From NCBI GenBank assembly GCA_964527015.1, contig CAZGPT010000002.1, positions 1-56,748 on the forward strand: DNA of 56,748 nt, in the 5' to 3' direction. Numbering within the stretch: the stretch's first letter is position 1; the number at the start of each line of letters is the position of its first letter. The stretch is from an uncultured Mycobacterium sp. GTDB taxonomy: Bacteria; Actinomycetota; Actinomycetes; Mycobacteriales; Mycobacteriaceae. The translations under genes were made by a program, and so were the position numbers. A model generated the notes under the pieces. It was not told where the DNA came from and made no database searches. It saw nothing but the letters and a program-made list of their open reading frames with translations. This document shows positions 54,210 to 56,748 of the stretch, piece by piece.

Positions 54210-56482
54210 TGTGCCCGGTTTGCTGGCTGGGGCTCGGCGCCGCCCTCGCTGATCCCCAATCGGGCATGCAGCCGGGCGAGCGGTTTGGGAGCCCACCAGT
54301 TCCACCGGCCCATCATGTGCATGAACGCCGGCACCAGGACCACCCGGACCAGGGTCGCGTCGACAAGAATCGCCAGCGTCAGGCCCACCCCGAACAACCG
54401 CATGATCGCCACCTGTGCCGCGATCAGAGCCGCGAAAGAAATCGCCATGATCAACGCGGCCGCAGTGATGACCCGGCCGGTATGGGCCAGACCCAGGGCC
54501 ACACTTTCGTCATTGTCGGCGCTGGTCTGCGCCCGGCCGGACGTCCCCGGCCCAGCTGCTCCGGCGGCCAGCCAGAATTCCCGGATTCGCGCGACCAAAA
54601 ACACCTCGTAGTCCATCGAGAGCCCGAATGCGACGCAGAACAGCAGCACCGGCATATTGGCCACCAGGGTGCCGGTCGCGGTGGTGCCCAGCGCGCCGAA
54701 ATGCCCTTCCTGGAAGATCCACACAATCGCACCGAACGCCGCGCTGAGCGAGAGCATGTTGAGGATCAGGGCCTTGACCGGCAGCACCACGCTGCCGGTC
54801 AGCAGGAACAACAGCACCAGCATGATGGTGGCGATCAGACCGAGCACCAGCGGAAGCCGCGAGGTGATGGCGTCGACGCTGTCGCGGTTGGTCTGGGCCA
54901 GCCCGCCGAACTCGACGGTCCGGCCGTCCGGGGAGGGCACCTCATGCATACGGGTGAGCTGGATTTCGGAGCTTTCCGAGAACAGCGGCAAGGAGCTGCC
55001 GACGGTCAACAAGGTGCTACCGGCCGACTCCCCGGTGCCGGCCACCGGCGGGCCGGCCAGCTGACCGCCGACGAAGGTGCCGGCGGGTGCCGAGACCGAG
55101 TCCACGTCCGGCACCCGGGACAGCTCCGCGGCGTAACGGTCGATCTCCGCGGGGTCAAGGCCGGCGGACTCGGTGATGATGATCGGCACCTCGGAGTCGG
55201 AGTCGATGGCGAAGTCGGCCCGTAGCAGATCACCGACCTGGTGAGCCGAGGCCGACTTCGGCAGCACCCGGTCGTCGGGGAAACCCGGCCGTACGCCGAG
55301 GAACGGAGCGCCAAGCACACCCAGCAGCACCACCACCGCCAGGCCGATCGGCACCGCGTGCTTGGTCACGAATTTCGCTGAGCGATAGAAGAATTGCTGC
55401 TCGACGGGCAGCGGCACCGGATCCGGGCGACCCAGCAGCCGACGCAACGCACGTCGAACATCCAGCGCGTCGATCCGGTCCCCGAGCAATATCAGCGCCG
55501 CAGGAGTGATCACGATGGCGGCCACCGCGGCGAAGGCGACGGTCGCCACGCCCGCATAGGCGAACGACCGCAGGAAGTTCATCGGGAACACCACCATCAC
55601 TGCCATCGACAGGGCGACGATGACGGCTGAGAACAACACGGTGCGCCCGGCGGTGGACATGGTGGTCAGGACCGCGCGCTCCCGACTGCTGCCCGCCGCC
55701 AGTTCGTCGCGGTACCGGCTGATCATCAGCAGGGTGTAGTCGATGGCCAGGGCCAGACCCATCGCGGTGGTGAGGTTCAGCGCGAAAATCGACACGTCGG
55801 TGAAGTAGGTCACGGTGCGCAGCACGGCCAGCGACCCGAGGATCGCCATCACCCCGACAACGATCGGTAGCGCCGCGGCCAACATGCCGCCGAACACCCA
55901 GATCAGGACCAGGAAGCTCAGCGGGATGACGATGGCCTCCAGCAGCAGCAGATCGCGTTTCGACTGCTCGGTCACCTGCAGATTCACCATTGCCGATCCA
56001 CCGGCGCGCACCGTGACGCCGTCGCGTTCACCGACGATCGCCTCGGTGAGTTGCTTGGCGTAGGTCTGCTGTTCGCTCTCGGCGCCGACGATCCCGGTGA
56101 CGATGAGACCCGACTTCTTATCGGCGCTGACCAGAGCGGACGCGGCCGCCGGCGGTGACGTCCAGGCCGAGGTGACGGTGGCGACGTCCCCGGAGTTCTC
56201 TAGGGTGTCGATGACATCCTGCGCGACGGCCCGGGCCTGCGGGCTGTCATAGCGGTCGGGTGCGGTGAGAACGATCACCAGCGAGACGTCACCGCGACCG
56301 AACTTCTCGGTGAGCAGGTCCGCCGCGCGCGATGACTGGGCGTTGGGGTCCTGGAATCCGCTCGGCGAGAGCTTGTCGGCGACGGTGACCCCGAAGGCTC
56401 CGATGATGACCATCAGTAGTGCCGCAGTGGCGATCACTCGTCGCGGCGCGGCGATCCCCAACCGGGCGATTCGTCCTAGCAC
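54206..56482 (-). CDS. MmpL family RND transporter (MmpL13-like)
   Basis: Two MMPL halves with AIDYTLL..SRYRDE, TAGRTV.FSA, FGLSMDYEVF, TGRVITAAA and DATLVR motifs. Confidence 0.92.
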   Translation of the reverse strand: MLGRIARLGIAAPRRVIATAALLMVIIGAFGVTVADKLSPSGFQDPNAQSSRAADLLTEKFGRGDVSLVIVLTAPDRYDSPQARAVAQDVIDTLENSGDVATVTSAWTSPPAAASALVSADKKSGLIVTGIVGAESEQQTYAKQLTEAIVGERDGVTVRAGGSAMVNLQVTEQSKRDLLLLEAIVIPLSFLVLIWVFGGMLAAALPIVVGVMAILGSLAVLRTVTYFTDVSIFALNLTTAMGLALAIDYTLLMISRYRDELAAGSSRERAVLTTMSTAGRTVLFSAVIVALSMAVMVVFPMNFLRSFAYAGVATVAFAAVAAIVITPAALILLGDRIDALDVRRALRRLLGRPDPVPLPVEQQFFYRSAKFVTKHAVPIGLAVVVLLGVLGAPFLGVRPGFPDDRVLPKSASAHQVGDLLRADFAIDSDSEVPIIITESAGLDPAEIDRYAAELSRVPDVDSVSAPAGTFVGGQLAGPPVAGTGESAGSTLLTVGSSLPLFSESSEIQLTRMHEVPSPDGRTVEFGGLAQTNRDSVDAITSRLPLVLGLIATIMLVLLFLLTGSVVLPVKALILNMLSLSAAFGAIVWIFQEGHFGALGTTATGTLVANMPVLLFCVAFGLSMDYEVFLVARIREFWLAAGAAGPGTSGRAQTSADNDESVALGLAHTGRVITAAALIMAISFAALIAAQVAIMRLFGVGLTLAILVDATLVRVVLVPAFMHMMGRWNWWAPKPLARLHARLGISEGGAEPQPANRAQ

Positions 56483-56748
56483 GGTCAGTCCCCACCCCTC
56501 TGCCGGTGGTGTGTGGTCCGGCGGCGCCCATTGTTGCAGGGCAGCGGTTCGGAGGCGGGGGTCCCCCGGGGCCCGGTGCGGTCACTGATCGACCTGACAT
56601 CACGACGGACCAGCCGCAGTCATCAGTTCATCTGAGAGAAACCCGAACCGCAGGTGAGGTCAATTCGGCGGTGCCATACTCGCAGCCACACAGCGGGCTT
56701 CGGACCCTCAGGGAGCGCACCACAATGAGCGATGTCATACCCACTTCG

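Noticed and set aside
56483-56748. Non-coding tail upstream of MmpL
   Set aside because: No supportable motif or ORF; truncated by the window edge.

Overview
High-GC mycobacterial chromosome segment, probably a rapid grower (Mycolicibacterium-like). From recalled gene order it is collinear with the M. tuberculosis Rv1071c to Rv0998 region. The core runs echA9/echA8, Rv1069c-like hydrolase, lpqV, patatin, Rv1061/Rv1059-like genes, ltp1, fadD14, Rv1057-like beta-propeller, tRNA-Leu(TAA), ppx2, DUF501, ftsB/divIC, eno, lpqU, mazG, mfd, TetR, tRNA-Gln(TTG), glmU, prs, lpqT, rplY, pth, a fatty acyl-AMP ligase, ispE, rsmA, rpfB, tatD, metG, pabB, rsmI, pmt, arcA, an AlkB-like gene, two DUF5642-like lipoproteins, tspO and pat. 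It ends in a type III PKS / methyltransferase / FAD-oxidoreductase / O-methyltransferase / MmpL cluster. Accessory inserts are a GH29 fucosidase, two small membrane paralogs and a BCCT transporter next to tRNA-Leu, plus two small secreted disulfide paralogs with a DUF4189-like lipoprotein. The best novelty candidate is an AbiEi-like/DUF559 nuclease gene between pmt and arcA. It is bracketed by two related ~55-bp palindromic units whose outer arms form 14/15-bp terminal inverted repeats, and the left unit contains a perfect DnaA box. Also seen: a three-way-junction RNA leader upstream of rplY, KstR, MprA, SigE/H, MtrA/GlnR and LexA-like sites, and many short tandem microduplications at gene junctions. 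No CRISPR array, rRNA, integrase or transposase was seen. All gene identities come from motif recognition and recalled synteny, not from database searches.
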